Assembly: GCF_000143415.4 (NCBI RefSeq)
Contig: NW_003314384.1
Coordinates: 124,001-188,000, forward strand
Reading direction: 5' to 3'
Length of the DNA stretch: 64,000 nt
From: Selaginella moellendorffii
Taxonomy: Eukaryota; Plantae; Lycopodiophyta
Made by a program: the position numbers and the translations under genes. This document shows, in pieces, positions 1-11,948 of the stretch; the first letter of the stretch is position 1, and each line of letters begins with the position of its first letter. Below the pieces are notes generated by a model, which was not told the DNA's origin, searched no databases, and saw nothing but the letters and a program-made list of their open reading frames with translations.

Positions 1-1068
1 GCCATCAACCTCCTGTCTACTGCTTCTTCCATCGAGCCGGCAGGACTCTTTTCTGCGTGGATTTTCAGCATTTGCTGGCACAGTTCTTCGGCATCCTCGA
101 ACTGCATCGCCTGTTTATCTCACACAGTAAGTACCGAGTTTTCTCTGTGCAAATTCCTGATTTACCTGCAGGTATGCTTCAGCAAGATATCGACATGTCT
201 CCCCAACTTGAGGGTCCATTTCTCCAACCGCCTTCTTCTGAACGGTGAGAGCATTTCGGTAGCTTTCGAGCGCTTGAACTTGCTTGCCTAACTTCGTATA
301 AGTGTCTCCAAGCTGCATGTATCCCGCGAACGCTGCCAGCGAGTACTCCGCCCCTGCTTCTGCTATCCACTCCATTGGAAGGCTTTGCAAAGTCTTCTCC
401 AGAGCTTCGACTGCCTCCCAGTGTTTACCCATCCTGCACTGCGCTGCTGCTACAATGTGCAAGCTCATCACCAGCTCCAAGCTCGGCTTTCCATCCGAAG
501 AGTTGGCCTCCAACATCTTGGCAGCTCGGGAAGCATAGTCGAGAGTTTTCGACGGCTTGTCACCGGAGATATGGCTCGATTTGGCCAGCTTGAGCAAGTA
601 GAGTGCTCTCCCTGGGCTCCCCGGAGGCTTTGGAGTCGGACTGGGAATCTGGGACTCCATTTCCACCGGAGAGACAACCTTCTGCAGCTGCTGAGGAGGA
701 GGAGTCTTCGTTCTTGTCGGAGGCTGCTTTGTCGGTAACTTTTCCATTTGCTGCCGTGATATTTTTTTCTGATGAACAGGAGTCTCTATGTCTTTCAGCG
801 GAGTCTCGGCTCCTTGAGCTGCTGGGTCCTGAGATTTTGGAGCACCAGAAGAATCGGTCCGCTTGTTCTCAGCTGGATTGGCATTTTCTTCTTCCTTCTC
901 CAGGTGACTTACTTGATCGGCATTGTTGTTACCTGTGGCTTTGACGAGCTTCGTCTTGTGCAGCGCTTTGGGGCCAGCCGGATCCTTGACGTCCTTCTTC
1001 TTCTTCTTGCCAGCCGCGTCTTCGCTCGATTGCTGGCGCTCCATTCCCATCTCCCGCTGCTCGCTCAC
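1..1068 (-). CDS. Kinesin light chain-related (KLCR-type) TPR protein, 5' part; runs off the left edge
   Basis: Low-complexity N-terminus followed by LELVMSLHIVAAAQC...YMQLGDTY...DPQVGETCRYLAEAYLQ. After a 55-nt GT-AG intron (111-165) the next exon reads AMQFEDAEELCQQMLKIH...EEAVDRRLM. Confidence 0.85.
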
Positions 1069-2144
1069 TGGCCTCTCAGCTCCGAGAGGAGAAATCCCCC
1101 AATTCTTTTGGACCCACGAACGAGGTAGGCAATGAAATCTCTCGATTCAAACAGGGAAAAATGGGAATGTTTCTGTTACCTTGCAGATCCAACGCGCTAG
1201 CCGAAGAAATTGCCGTCGCCACAAGTCTTCGGGGAATATCCGGCCGTCTCGGAACCTCCGGAAGAGCAAACATGCCTTTAGGTACGAAAAAAAGAGGCAG
1301 AAAACAAGAAAAAAAAACCACCGTTACAAAACGACTGAGCTCTTGTCACTTGAAGAAATGATCCAGCTTTAAAGTCAATGCAGTGGCGATTATCATTCAT
1401 TCTCCAACCTTTAAGTTTAGAGATTAGAAAACCACTCCCTCCACTTTGTTCCTTCGTTTCAAACAATCGCTATGTAGATTAAGATCACGAGAAACGCACG
1501 TACTCAACTAGGCCAACTTTCTACTTTGAAAAGAAGAGCCCTTCCTCCCAACCAGGTTGCCCATGCATGCAATTAAGAAGCTTGGCTTGTCACGCATGAA
1601 ACTGGAAAGGTGGTAGGGCAAAGTCTTTTTCTTTGTTTAAAGAGCAAACTTGCACATTCCACGTGGGAGGATATAACATCAGTGTCTGGGTGGCTGGCTA
1701 TATATCAATTGTTTGTAACAAGGACACTAGCTCCTCTTTCTTGGCTCTTGAATGGATGTGTGGGAAAAGAAAGTGCCACGGCTCTGTCAAGAAAGCAGGA
1801 AAAATACTTTGATATGGAATTGGGGTCTTTGGGGTACGGCAGCCAAGTGCAAATTCTAGTCAGGGTGACACATGGGTGCCACGTCCGTACCACATGCATA
1901 TTGGCAGAAAAGTCCACCAACTTTTCATTGACTTGACTGGTCAAGTTTATATGTGTATATTATGGAAATAATGCGGCTTATTTCTCATCTCTGGCCCCAT
2001 AGTGTAGTGGAAGCACATTTGAACTTAGCTCAAAAGTCGTGGGCTCGAAACCCACTGGGGCTAAAAAACCACCCTTTTTTAAGCACTCGAAAGTTGCGCA
2101 ATTCGTTTCTTTTTCTTCGGACTACGACTAGATTTGCAGATTCA

Positions 2145-3248
2145 CTACTTGCTAACGATATTAGCATTGTTGTTGTGGTGGCTTTCCAGAGGTTTCATTC
2201 CCACGCCATCTTCGATCTCATCGGGCGATGTCCCCGCTGCTGGCTTGGCATTTCGATACACGAGGTAGAGCAGCAGCTGAGCCACGCCCGCCAAAACTCC
2301 CAAGCCATTTGGAATCTAGAAAGCATTCAGGTGCTGGAAGAGATGTATATGGCATGGAAGTTCTTACCCCGATGAATATATCTTTGGTGGCCACTGCATA
2401 CAACATCCACACGAGGCTGTTGATCAGCACGAACAGCGAGAGCAGAAACGGCATGTACTCGACGCTCCGTGTTTGGATGACAAGTTTCTGTCACAAACAC
2501 GAGAAATCAGCTGCAAATCTGTCCCGCTAATCACCCACCATGACGCTTAATGGCGAGACATACATGGCAACCGCCACCACCACGCAAACCGAGCCGACGA
2601 TCGTAGTCCGGGCGTCATGGGTGTGCGCCAGGAGCATCGTGAGCGCCACAACCATGGCAAACGCAGCCAGCACGGCCCCAAGCATCCGCAACACCTTCAT
2701 CTGTATGATCCAAAGTCTATCAAAGCTTCCAAACTTCCAAAGTTTTCCATGGAGAGCAAACTTGCGATCTCGATCGATGAGTATGCGTACCTTGGCGAGC
2801 TTTGGAGCGTAGATGAGATAGATGAGGAGGTAGACCGTCTCGATGGCGCATCCGGCGGCGTTGATGGTGATGATAAGCATCCCGTTTGTTTTGACGAAAG
2901 GCATGCCGTAGAAGACCCACAGCATGCAGTTGAAGAGCGTGCACACATACGGCAGGCCCGAGTAGTCCTGCGTCGATTTCATCCGCAAGATCCTCCAGAA
3001 GGTCGGCCTGTACGAAGGTTTAGATCGATCCACATGATAAAACTTTGGTAGATGGAAAGATTTGTTTGTTTTTTCTCGTGATCTTACGCTGGCGAGATGA
3101 AGAGTGCGACCGCAGTGATGTTTCCTACACCACCATCAACAGAATCAAAATCTCTTCGAGTTCCATTCGAAACTTGTTTGGTTTTATGTTTTCCTTGTAC
3201 TTTCAACGTACCTAAGATCCCCAGCAAGATCTGCATGCTAACCGCCAT
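2145..3248 (-). CDS. SWEET: SWEET (MtN3/saliva) sugar transporter, 6 exons
   Basis: Exons read MAVSMQILLGILG / NITAVALFISPA / PTFWRILRMKSTQDYSGLPYVCTLFNCMLWVFYG / ...MYVSPLSVM / KLVIQTRSVEYMPFLLS / IPNGLGVLAGVAQLLLY..., with stop TAG at 2145-2147. Confidence 0.95.
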
Positions 3249-4084
3249 CTCCGAGCGCGCAGAGTTCGACAATCCGGCCTGTGATCGCTGTTCTGGAGGA
3301 GGAAATTCCGGTTTGTGTTTAGTTCCGTTGTCGCCGCAAGAGAAAACAAGAAGTAACAAGAGCTAGAAAATCAAAGTCGAAGAAAGAAGTAGCAGCAGCA
3401 GCAAGGAAAGAAAGAAAAAAAGAAAGACAAAGAGAAACCGAAGATCAGAAAAGCGAAGAACCAAAGCGTTTCACAGAATCCCAACATCCACAAAGCGTGA
3501 ATCAACTGCAACCACCGGGGCATCAACACGCAGGCAGCAGCAGTTTCAGTGCTCCTCCGCATTCCAGATGGCCAAAACACTCCAAAAAACTTCCAAGCTC
3601 CACCATGGCAGCACAACTCACATGACTCGGTTTTTAGGCAAACCACCGAGTGTTTTAGGTGGCGGCGAATCTCCACACGCTCCCAGCAGGAATCATGAGA
3701 GCTCCACACCCTTCATATACACACACACTACACACACACACAAAGGAAAAAAGAAAACACCAAAAAAGAGAAGATGAAACGAACAGTTTCCCACATTTCA
3801 AGCCTTTTTTCGAATCCAACCAAACATTATTAGTTCATACTACCAACAAAATGCAATCCTCGCAGAGAATCAATGTCCCCAGCACTCGGCTTCTGGGCTT
3901 TTTTTGCGAGAGGTATTTCGTCACTTCCTCCTCACACACTACTTTCTTATAACGTGCTTCTTCGTCGCGTCGTCGTCGTCGCCGGCGTTGCGATTGCGAT
4001 TCTTTGTCCTGCTTTTGATGTTACAAAGTGGCAACCAGAGAGAGAGGCTTTTGGTACCTAGCGAGCGGGGCGGTGTTCGTTCCC

Positions 4085-7000
4085 TTAGCTGCTCGCCGGT
4101 TCGACGTTATACTCCCCCTGGAGGAACTTGTCCTCCGGGAAGTACACCGCGGCAACGATGTTGCCGCCGAATTTGCGCCCGTTCAGCGAGTTCTTGGCCT
4201 TGATTGCCTCTTCGATCGTGGCGTACTCCACGAATACCTGCAGCACAAGCTCTTCTTAGCTTTCCCTAGACGCGAGCCAACTGCGTACCTTCCCAACTCC
4301 TGCGACCTCCTCGCCGTTTGATTTAGGCCGAGGTAATACCAAAGTGGCCACGCTACCTGGAACCAATGCCGGTAACACATATACATCAGCTCGTCTTGAA
4401 CGTACCATATTTTCCACATTCCTCTCGCATGTCCTCGAGGATCTCCTCGTACTCATCATCCTCCTTGAGCTCATCTGGAGAAACAACCTGCAAAGACGGA
4501 GTTCAAGACGCAAATTCTACGCCTAAGCAGCGATTCACCTGTTTCAAGCACACAACTTTGGTAGGGGTCTCGGGCATCGTCATGCCGTTATCCACGCCTG
4601 GCATCATCATGTTGTAGTAAGGCGCACCTTGCAAGGCAAGCTTCTGCCACGAAAGACACGGCATTAAAAAAAGTTACTGCAAAAAGACGAGGGATAGAGT
4701 GATCCACCTGAAGAGCAATCTGTTGTTGCGCCTGAGCCAGGACGTTAGCTTGGTCTGGCTTGGGCTGGCCACTGTGGACACTACGGAAAAGGTTAGGAGA
4801 AGATTAGACGATGCCGTTTGTTTAAAAGTGCTTAGAAAAATCTAATTCCAGACAGTAGATCCCACCTAGCAGTAGCTCGACGAACCGTCAACGTTTTGTC
4901 GCCCATTTTCAGCCCGTTTAAAGCAGCGCAGGCTACATCCGTAACAGCAGGATCCTGAATTTTGGCTTGCCACATAAGAGCCAGCTTATACACTATAGTA
5001 CCTGGTAAACGCAAAAGCCGTATCCCTTCGAGTTGCCTGTATCGCGATCCTTTACAAGGTCGAAACCCCGAAGCGGCCTGCAACAGCCAGAGCAATTAGA
5101 GAAAATATAGGATAAAGATCCACGGGTTACTTACCCAAACGACTCGAGCAACTCCTTTATCTGACCCTCTGTCAAGTAATAAGGAAGTCCGCCGACAAAG
5201 ATGCGATCAGGGCCATCAGCTCCGCCGGCGGCACTGGTGAATATCAAGACAGTTTCTTAGAAAAAGATCCTAAATAGAAAAAGTAAACATACCCAGGAGT
5301 AAGTCCGACTGCTGCAAGGTTAAGGTGAGGACTCGGTTGACTGGGACCAAGTGTCGCCGCCATCGAAGGGTTGTAATCACTTGGTCTTCTTACACGGACC
5401 GAGACCCCCTATGGAAATCACAGAATAAAACTAAGATTACCAGGAAAAAAAAAACAAATTTACCTCAAAAATGATACCATCTAAAGCCATTGCATTGCTG
5501 GCTTCTTCAACAGTTCGCATTTCGACAAAAGCAAATTTCTTCTCTTGGTTAATGTACACATTCACAACAGCGTCACCTGCATCCAAAACTTCCACATCAC
5601 AATGTGCCCACAAAGACAGAATTCTGATACCAGGGCCAGCCGTATTTCCTCCAATAGCAGACATCACTTGGCTAAAAAATGTCGCGATAGTCTGTCCGAA
5701 ATTAAAAAGCATATTTGAATATATATCAATCCCCCTAACTGAAAAAATCACCTGCTCATTTGCCAGGGGAGGTAATCCACCGACATACACACGGCGTGCA
5801 TGCCTCGTCGCCTGAGAAAAATTATTTTAGCACATTCGTTACAACTTCAAGATAAGGCAAACCTGCTGAGTCATTGCTTGTGCTGGCATCGTCGGAAGTC
5901 CCGCAAACTGCAGGAGATAGTTTTGTCAGACGGCAAAATCGAACCACAAAAAGAAGACTTGCCTGAGTGCCCGCGAAAGGAAACATGGAAAACACCCCGG
6001 GAACAGGTTGAGTAATCCCTGGAAGTTGACCTACAAATACAAAGACAACACTTCACCACCAGACCAGAGCGTCAAAAGAAAGAAAACATTAATAGAAGGT
6101 CAAGGCTAAGAATATGAACGAGAGTTGAACTAATTGCCCACGTCGGCATCATGCATAGGGAAAAGAACAAGAAATGCGAGATACTCTATATGAACAACGC
6201 ATCCAAGTCTACTTAGCTAGCCTAATTAAAGGTTGCTTGCAAACCTGGTGTAGTTCCTGTAACGACAGCGGCACCTGGAGGAGCCATGTCAAATCCGCTG
6301 GTTCTTTTGCTGCCACGACTTTTACAAAAAGGATTGATAAGTTGTTAATCTCATTTTATAAAAATACCTTCGTCGATCACGAGACCGGGAGCGGGAGCGG
6401 GACTTTGAGCGGTCTCGAGATCTTCCTTTCGACCGTGAGCGCGACCGATGCCTGTGACGACGCTCTCTTTCACGGTCTCGGTCTCGACTCCGTCTTCTGA
6501 GGAAGGAAACAGAAAAGATGCAAGATACAAAAATTATTGATATGAAAACAAAAACCTTTCGCGATCTCGAGTTTTGTGGCGTTCATCACGGTCTCTTTCA
6601 CGGTCACGATCCCTGTCGTAATCTCTCTCCCTGTCATTCCTGCGGTCTCTATCATCCCGGTGCCTCCGGTCATCTCTTTCTCTGCTCTTCTCCCGCTCAC
6701 GAGACTTTCGCTGTAAGGAAAACCAGTTGTGAGTCTGTCCAGCTAATAGAAAGAAGAAAAGAAGAAACATCCACTTTATGCATCATGCCAAGATAAATTC
6801 CCATGAACCGCATGGTGAACCTGTGTGGATCTTACATGGAGAACTGAGTATAAGCCCCTGAATCTACGCACAGAGAACAAAGCAACAAACAGACAGACAC
6901 AAAAAATGAATAAGTGAAGAAAAAAAGAGAGGAAAAGCCACAACTTAGGCTACATGAAAATGCCTATTCAAACTCTACGAATGGAAAGAGAAGGAAAGAT

Positions 7001-7203
7001 TGGGCGGAAGGAAAACTAAGGGGGCGAACAAAGGAAAAATTGTATGGATTGCACACTGCACTAAAAAACTCTACCTCACGATAGCGATCGCCGCCATTCT
7101 CTTGGCCATCGTAATGTGCTGGCTCGCCATAATCCCCGTGCCTGGCTCCAGGGGATTCGGCACCATCCTCATACGCGGCTCCTTCATACTCGTTGCCAGC
7201 CAT
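4085..7203 (-). CDS. U2AF65: Splicing factor U2AF large subunit (RS domain + 3 RRMs), multi-exon
   Basis: RS/RD-rich N-terminus, then GFDMAPP, QATRHARRVYVGGLPP, KKFAFVEMRTVEEASNAMALDG, GPDRIFVGGLPYY, LNGLKMGDKTLTVRRA, LNGRKFGGN. Stop TAA at 4085-4087; a 5'UTR intron lies near 7218-7307. Confidence 0.95.
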
Positions 7204-7673
7204 TCTCAATCGTCACTGCCAAAAGAAAGAGAGAAGATCTCTCGTATGAATACCATGACCTAATCTCTCGACCCCAGAGCGGCTCCAGGGAAGAAATTTC
7301 GCTCACCTGCGATGCGTAGAAGCTGCCCTGCGATCTCGGCCCCTCCAAATCCAGGCCGCTCTCACAAGCTCCACAAATAGGCCATGGCGACTCCCTCCCG
7401 GGCCTCTACAGCTTCGATTCGCGCTCTTAGAAGCTGCTACCAACCTGGATTCGCCGCCGCCGCTCCGGCGCCCTGCCCCTGTGGCGCCGCGCCCCAGAGA
7501 TTTGCGGTGCCGCTCTCAAGCAGCGCGTCTCCTCTGACGCTAAACAACACAACAAAATAATAGAGTAAAAGCCCCCCCAGACCTATCCCGAGCCAGTTAG
7601 CTCCGGGAATTATACGAGCCGTCGGATTGCTCGAACCTAAACTGGACCGTTAAGATGCTAGGGCTCTTGGTGC

Positions 7674-9458
7674 ATGAGAGCTTCTTCTTCCTCTTCTTGT
7701 GGAGCTCTCCAGGTCACGCATCTCGCGAATCTACTGCGATCGTGTGGTAATTTTGGGGATCTCTCGGCGGGGCGGCGGATCCACAAGCGCGTCTTGGATC
7801 TCCAGCGGCAGCATGGCCAGGATGTCTTCCTCCTCAATCTCGTCATCGACATGTATGGCAAATGCGGGGGATTGGGGGAGGCCAGGGCGGTGTTTGATGC
7901 GATCGAGCATCCCAATGTCTTCTCATTCAACATTCTCATCGCATCCTACGCCTCGGCAGGGCTGCTCGAGGAGGCTTGGAAGATCTTCCATGCGATGCCG
8001 GGCAGGAATGTGGTGTCTTGGAACACGATGGTGTCGGCAAATGCCCAGGAAGGGGATTTTTCCCGAGCGAAGATCTTTCTGGCGAGGATTCCACAGCACA
8101 GCCTGGTGGCCTGGAATGCGATGATCGGAGGGTTTGCTCGAGAAGGGAGATTTTTGGAGGCCAAGAGGCTGTTTGATGCGGCCAAAGTGAGGGATGTGGT
8201 GATTTGGAACGCGCTGATCCACGCGAAAGCCGCAGTGACCGGGGGGATCGAGGATGTGGAGTCTTTGTTCTCGAGGATTCCGTGCTGGGACGTGATATCG
8301 TGGAACGAGATGCTAGCAGCGTACACCAAGCATGGAAGTCTGAATCGAGCAAAAGCTTTCTTCGATACGAGGATGCTCCAAAGGGATGTGTTCTCGTGGA
8401 ACACAATGGCTGCTGCGTTTGCTCGGATGGTTCACCAGTCAGGGGCAGCAGGAAAGAAGTTTTTCGAGAGAATGCCACAGCACAACACGGTCTCCTGGAA
8501 CAGCATCGCCCAGGGGCTCTCGGAGAACGGCCTATTCGACGATGCAAAATCGCTTTTTGAGAGCATGGGCGATCGCGACTCGGTGTCAATGATCCAGATG
8601 GCGGTGACTTACGCGCGAAACGGGCATCCGGAACAAGCCCAGGAGCTTTTCTCACGGATCTCCCCAAGAACAGTAGCGGTGTGGAACGCTCTTCTCTGGT
8701 CGTATGCCCGGAACGGGCATCTCTCCGAGACCTTGGCCACCTTTCACCGGATTCCCATGATGAATCGCATCACTTGCACCGTGATCATCGAAGTTTACGG
8801 CCGGAGCAGCCGCCTGGAAGAGGCCGAGACGCTGTTCTTCGAGAAAGTCCTGGAGAAGGACATGGTTTCGTGCATCGCAATGATGGTGGCATACTCCCAC
8901 AATGGTCGCCTGGACGGAGCACTGGCCGTGTTCGAGAGAATCCAGCACTACCCGGAGGTGATGGTTTGGACTGCAATGGTGGCGAGCTACGTCCACAATG
9001 GAGAGCTCGAGATGGCCACTATGATCTTCCGGAAGATCGCTCTCCAGGGACTCCAGCCGGATGGTATCACCTTCGTCACCATCCTCACAGGTTGCAGCCA
9101 TCTCGGGCTCGTGAGCCGGGGAAGAGAATTCTTTCGATCGATCGAGTCGGCGTTTGGGATGAAACCCGGCGTGGAGCACTACTGCTGCATGGTCGACGTT
9201 CTCGGGCGAGCCAAGCATCTGGAAGAGGCGGAGGAGCTCGTGAGAACGATGCCGTTTCTCCCCGACGCGGTGGCATGGAACACGCTGCTGGGAGCTTGCC
9301 GGATCCACGGAGATATCATGCGCGGCGAGCGAGTAGCCAAGATGGTCGCGGAGTTGGACGAGAGGAATCAAAGACCTCACTTGCTGCTATCGAATCTCTA
9401 CACTTCCAGCGGCGATCTAGACGTAGAGCTCGAGTTACTAGCAGCTATGGTGAGCTAA
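7674..9458 (+). CDS. PLS-class PPR protein with E domain, no DYW
   Basis: 594-aa intronless ORF with tandem short PPR motifs (VSWN..M..AY..NG) and a C-terminal HYCCMVDVLGRA...MPFLPDAVAWNTLLGACRIHG. Confidence 0.93.
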   Translation: MRASSSSSCGALQVTHLANLLRSCGNFGDLSAGRRIHKRVLDLQRQHGQDVFLLNLVIDMYGKCGGLGEARAVFDAIEHPNVFSFNILIASYASAGLLEEAWKIFHAMPGRNVVSWNTMVSANAQEGDFSRAKIFLARIPQHSLVAWNAMIGGFAREGRFLEAKRLFDAAKVRDVVIWNALIHAKAAVTGGIEDVESLFSRIPCWDVISWNEMLAAYTKHGSLNRAKAFFDTRMLQRDVFSWNTMAAAFARMVHQSGAAGKKFFERMPQHNTVSWNSIAQGLSENGLFDDAKSLFESMGDRDSVSMIQMAVTYARNGHPEQAQELFSRISPRTVAVWNALLWSYARNGHLSETLATFHRIPMMNRITCTVIIEVYGRSSRLEEAETLFFEKVLEKDMVSCIAMMVAYSHNGRLDGALAVFERIQHYPEVMVWTAMVASYVHNGELEMATMIFRKIALQGLQPDGITFVTILTGCSHLGLVSRGREFFRSIESAFGMKPGVEHYCCMVDVLGRAKHLEEAEELVRTMPFLPDAVAWNTLLGACRIHGDIMRGERVAKMVAELDERNQRPHLLLSNLYTSSGDLDVELELLAAMVS

Positions 9459-9520
9459 AGGTTGGAATTTCTTCTTCTTCTATAAGCATCGAGATAGAGT
9501 AGCTCTTCTCTATTTCGACG

Positions 9521-11857
9521 ATGTTGATCATGGTGGCCGCGAATTCTTGCTGGAATCTAGCACTCGCAGCGACGTCCTCGATCTTCCAGTATCATAGCAG
9601 CGACGCTGACGATGGAAGAATCCACACAGTGGTCCGGCGATCCAGGAACAAGATGACCAAGAAACGCGAGCTCCTCCAGCGCAAGGGGCGAATCTCCAAG
9701 GAAGAGATTGGCCTGGAGCAGCTGCTGCGGAATCCCGACACCACCACCTACGCGATCCTCCTCCGCCGGTGTGGCCGCGCTCGAGCGCTGGCAGAGGGCA
9801 AGCGCGTCCACGCGCAGATCTTCAAGACTGGCCACGATCGCGAGACGCGGCTGAGGAATCTCTTGATCCAGATGTATGGCGAATGCGGCAGCTTGATCGA
9901 CGCGCGCAAGGTCTTCGATCGCACGCCGGATCCAAACATCTTCTCGTGGAACATCATGCTCGCAGCGTATGCCCACAATGGGCATTCCAACGAGGCGCTG
10001 GTTCTGTCGCAGAGGATGAAGGACAGTGGCGCCACCGTCGTCCCGGATCGAGTGACTTACGTGATCCTCCTCCACGCGTGCTCGAATCTGGGCGCGCTGC
10101 GCGAGGGGCGGATGATCCACGCGAGCGTCATCGCGAGCGGGATGGAATCCAACGTCGTGGTGGCCACCGCAATCGTCAACATGTATGGCAAGTGTGGTAG
10201 CATGGGCGATGCGAAGATGGTCTTCGACAAGATGCCCGCCAAGGACGTGATCTGCTGGAACTCGATGATCTCGGCCTATGCGCTGAATGGATTGGGCAAG
10301 AGCGCGCTGGATCTCTACGCGCGGATGAGGCACAGCTGCGTGAGGCCCGACGCTGGGACGTTCGTGGCGGCGCTGGATGCGTGCTCGGTGCTAAACTCGC
10401 TCGAGGATGGGAAGAAGATCCACGCCGCCATCGCCGCGAGCAAGCTCGAGTGGAATGTGATGGTGGCCACCGCTCTGGTGAGCATGTATGGGAAATGCGG
10501 CTGCCTGGAGCGATCCATCGCGGTGTTTCGCGCGATGGAGGTGAGGAACTTGATCTCCTGGACGGCGATGCTGGGCGCGCTCGCGCACAATGGTCGCGAC
10601 GCCGCGGCGCTGGAGCTCTTCGCCAGGATGCGCGACGAGGGCGTGAGGATCGACGCGGTGGCGATGACAATCGCGCTGGACGCGTGCTCGCGGAGCCGGG
10701 ACTTCACGCGGGGGAGGGAGATCCATGCGATGATCGACGCGGCGGTGGCGGGCAGGAGCTTGCGATCGATCACTCCAGTGCTCGCTGCCGCGATCGTCAA
10801 CATGTATGCGTGCTGCGACGAGATGGATCTCGCGAGAGCGATAGTGGCGAGGCAGCGCGAAGCTCTCCTCTGGAACGCGCTCATCGCGGCCTACACTGCT
10901 CGCGGCCATCCCCGCGAGGGGCTGCGGCTCTACGCGGAGATGATCCTCGCGGAGAGGCGAGGAGCTCCGCCCGTCCGGCCGGATCGAAACACTTTCGCGG
11001 CGGTGCTCGAGGCGTGTGGATCCATTGGAGCCGCGGCGCTGGGCGAGGGGCGGATGATCCACACGCAGGCCATCGCCAGAGCTTGCAACACGGACGCGAT
11101 CGTCGCGTCGGCCTTGATCGCGATGTATTCCAAGTGCGGCAGCTTGGGCGACGCGGTGGCGATCTTCCGGGAGCTCTCGCGGAAGAGGAGCGTGGTGCTG
11201 GTCACCACCATGATCGCGGCTTACGGCCACCATGGAAAGCTCGAGCTCGCGCTGGAGCTCTTCTGGGAGATGGCGCAGCGAGGATTGAAGCCCAACCGGA
11301 TCACTTTCGTCAGCCTTCTCTCGTCTTGCAGTGCCGCAAATTCTCTCCGTGAGGCCGTGTTCTACTTCCAGATCATGATCCACGACTGTGACATCCAGCC
11401 GGGCGCCGAGCACTACCACTTCCTCATCGATCTTCTTGGGCGGTCGGGAAAGGTGGCAGAGGCCGAGGAGCTCATCAACTCGATGCCGTTTGCGCCCGGT
11501 TGCGGCGCTTGGATGAGCTTGCTGGCCGCCTGTGAGAGGCACTCGAAGGTGGAGCTGGGAAGAAGAGCTGCGGATCGAGTTTTCGAGATGGAACCAAAGA
11601 ATGCACTAGCTTACTTGATGCTTGGGAAGATCTACGTCGCAGCCGGGATGTGGGACGAGCTCCTCCAGCTCAAGAAGCTTATGGAGGATAGGGGTCTCAA
11701 GAGGGAGCCGAGTGGTAGTAGTAGTAGTAGTAGTAGTAATAATCCTCCCACCACCACCACCACCACCACAGACTACCACCATTCTTCCTTGCGTGATAAC
11801 GAGAAAGATCCACTGACTTTGAGGCCTCCAGCGTACATTCTTGGACCCCGTCCCTGA
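9521..11857 (+). CDS. PLS-class PPR protein (E domain) with atypical low-complexity C-terminal tail
   Basis: 778-aa ORF with P-L-S triplets and HYHFLIDLLGRSG...AYLMLGKIY...MEDRGLKREP, followed by a poly-Ser/poly-Thr tail. The N-terminus resembles a transit peptide. Confidence 0.93.
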   Translation: MLIMVAANSCWNLALAATSSIFQYHSSDADDGRIHTVVRRSRNKMTKKRELLQRKGRISKEEIGLEQLLRNPDTTTYAILLRRCGRARALAEGKRVHAQIFKTGHDRETRLRNLLIQMYGECGSLIDARKVFDRTPDPNIFSWNIMLAAYAHNGHSNEALVLSQRMKDSGATVVPDRVTYVILLHACSNLGALREGRMIHASVIASGMESNVVVATAIVNMYGKCGSMGDAKMVFDKMPAKDVICWNSMISAYALNGLGKSALDLYARMRHSCVRPDAGTFVAALDACSVLNSLEDGKKIHAAIAASKLEWNVMVATALVSMYGKCGCLERSIAVFRAMEVRNLISWTAMLGALAHNGRDAAALELFARMRDEGVRIDAVAMTIALDACSRSRDFTRGREIHAMIDAAVAGRSLRSITPVLAAAIVNMYACCDEMDLARAIVARQREALLWNALIAAYTARGHPREGLRLYAEMILAERRGAPPVRPDRNTFAAVLEACGSIGAAALGEGRMIHTQAIARACNTDAIVASALIAMYSKCGSLGDAVAIFRELSRKRSVVLVTTMIAAYGHHGKLELALELFWEMAQRGLKPNRITFVSLLSSCSAANSLREAVFYFQIMIHDCDIQPGAEHYHFLIDLLGRSGKVAEAEELINSMPFAPGCGAWMSLLAACERHSKVELGRRAADRVFEMEPKNALAYLMLGKIYVAAGMWDELLQLKKLMEDRGLKREPSGSSSSSSSNNPPTTTTTTTDYHHSSLRDNEKDPLTLRPPAYILGPRP
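11714..11770. repeat. Compound (AGT)n / (CAC)n microsatellite inside the PPR CDS
   Basis: ggtagtagtagtagtagtagtagtaataatcctcccaccaccaccaccaccaccaca encodes GSSSSSSSNNPPTTTTTTT. Confidence 0.9.
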
Positions 11858-11948
11858 CTACAAAGCTGGAAGAAACGTTTTAAGAGTGAACTCGATCGAG
11901 AAGTGCAAGCAACCAGTGCTTTTAGTTAAAAGAACTGAAATGTATATA
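11764..11948 (+). repeat. Direct repeat copy 1 (~180 bp)
   Basis: caccacagactaccaccattcttcc...ggaccccgtccctgactac...gaaatgtatata is nearly identical to 14343-14520. Confidence 0.9.

Noticed and set aside
6140-6795. Near-complementary GCATCATGC motifs in two U2AF65 introns, or an intronic snoRNA
   Set aside because: Only 13 nt with a mismatch, and no proper C/D box pair.
7699-11542. Long alternative-frame and antisense ORFs over GC-rich PPR genes (also over GPR107 and 57-61 kb)
   Set aside because: Expected shadow ORFs from high GC3 codon bias; no recognisable domains.
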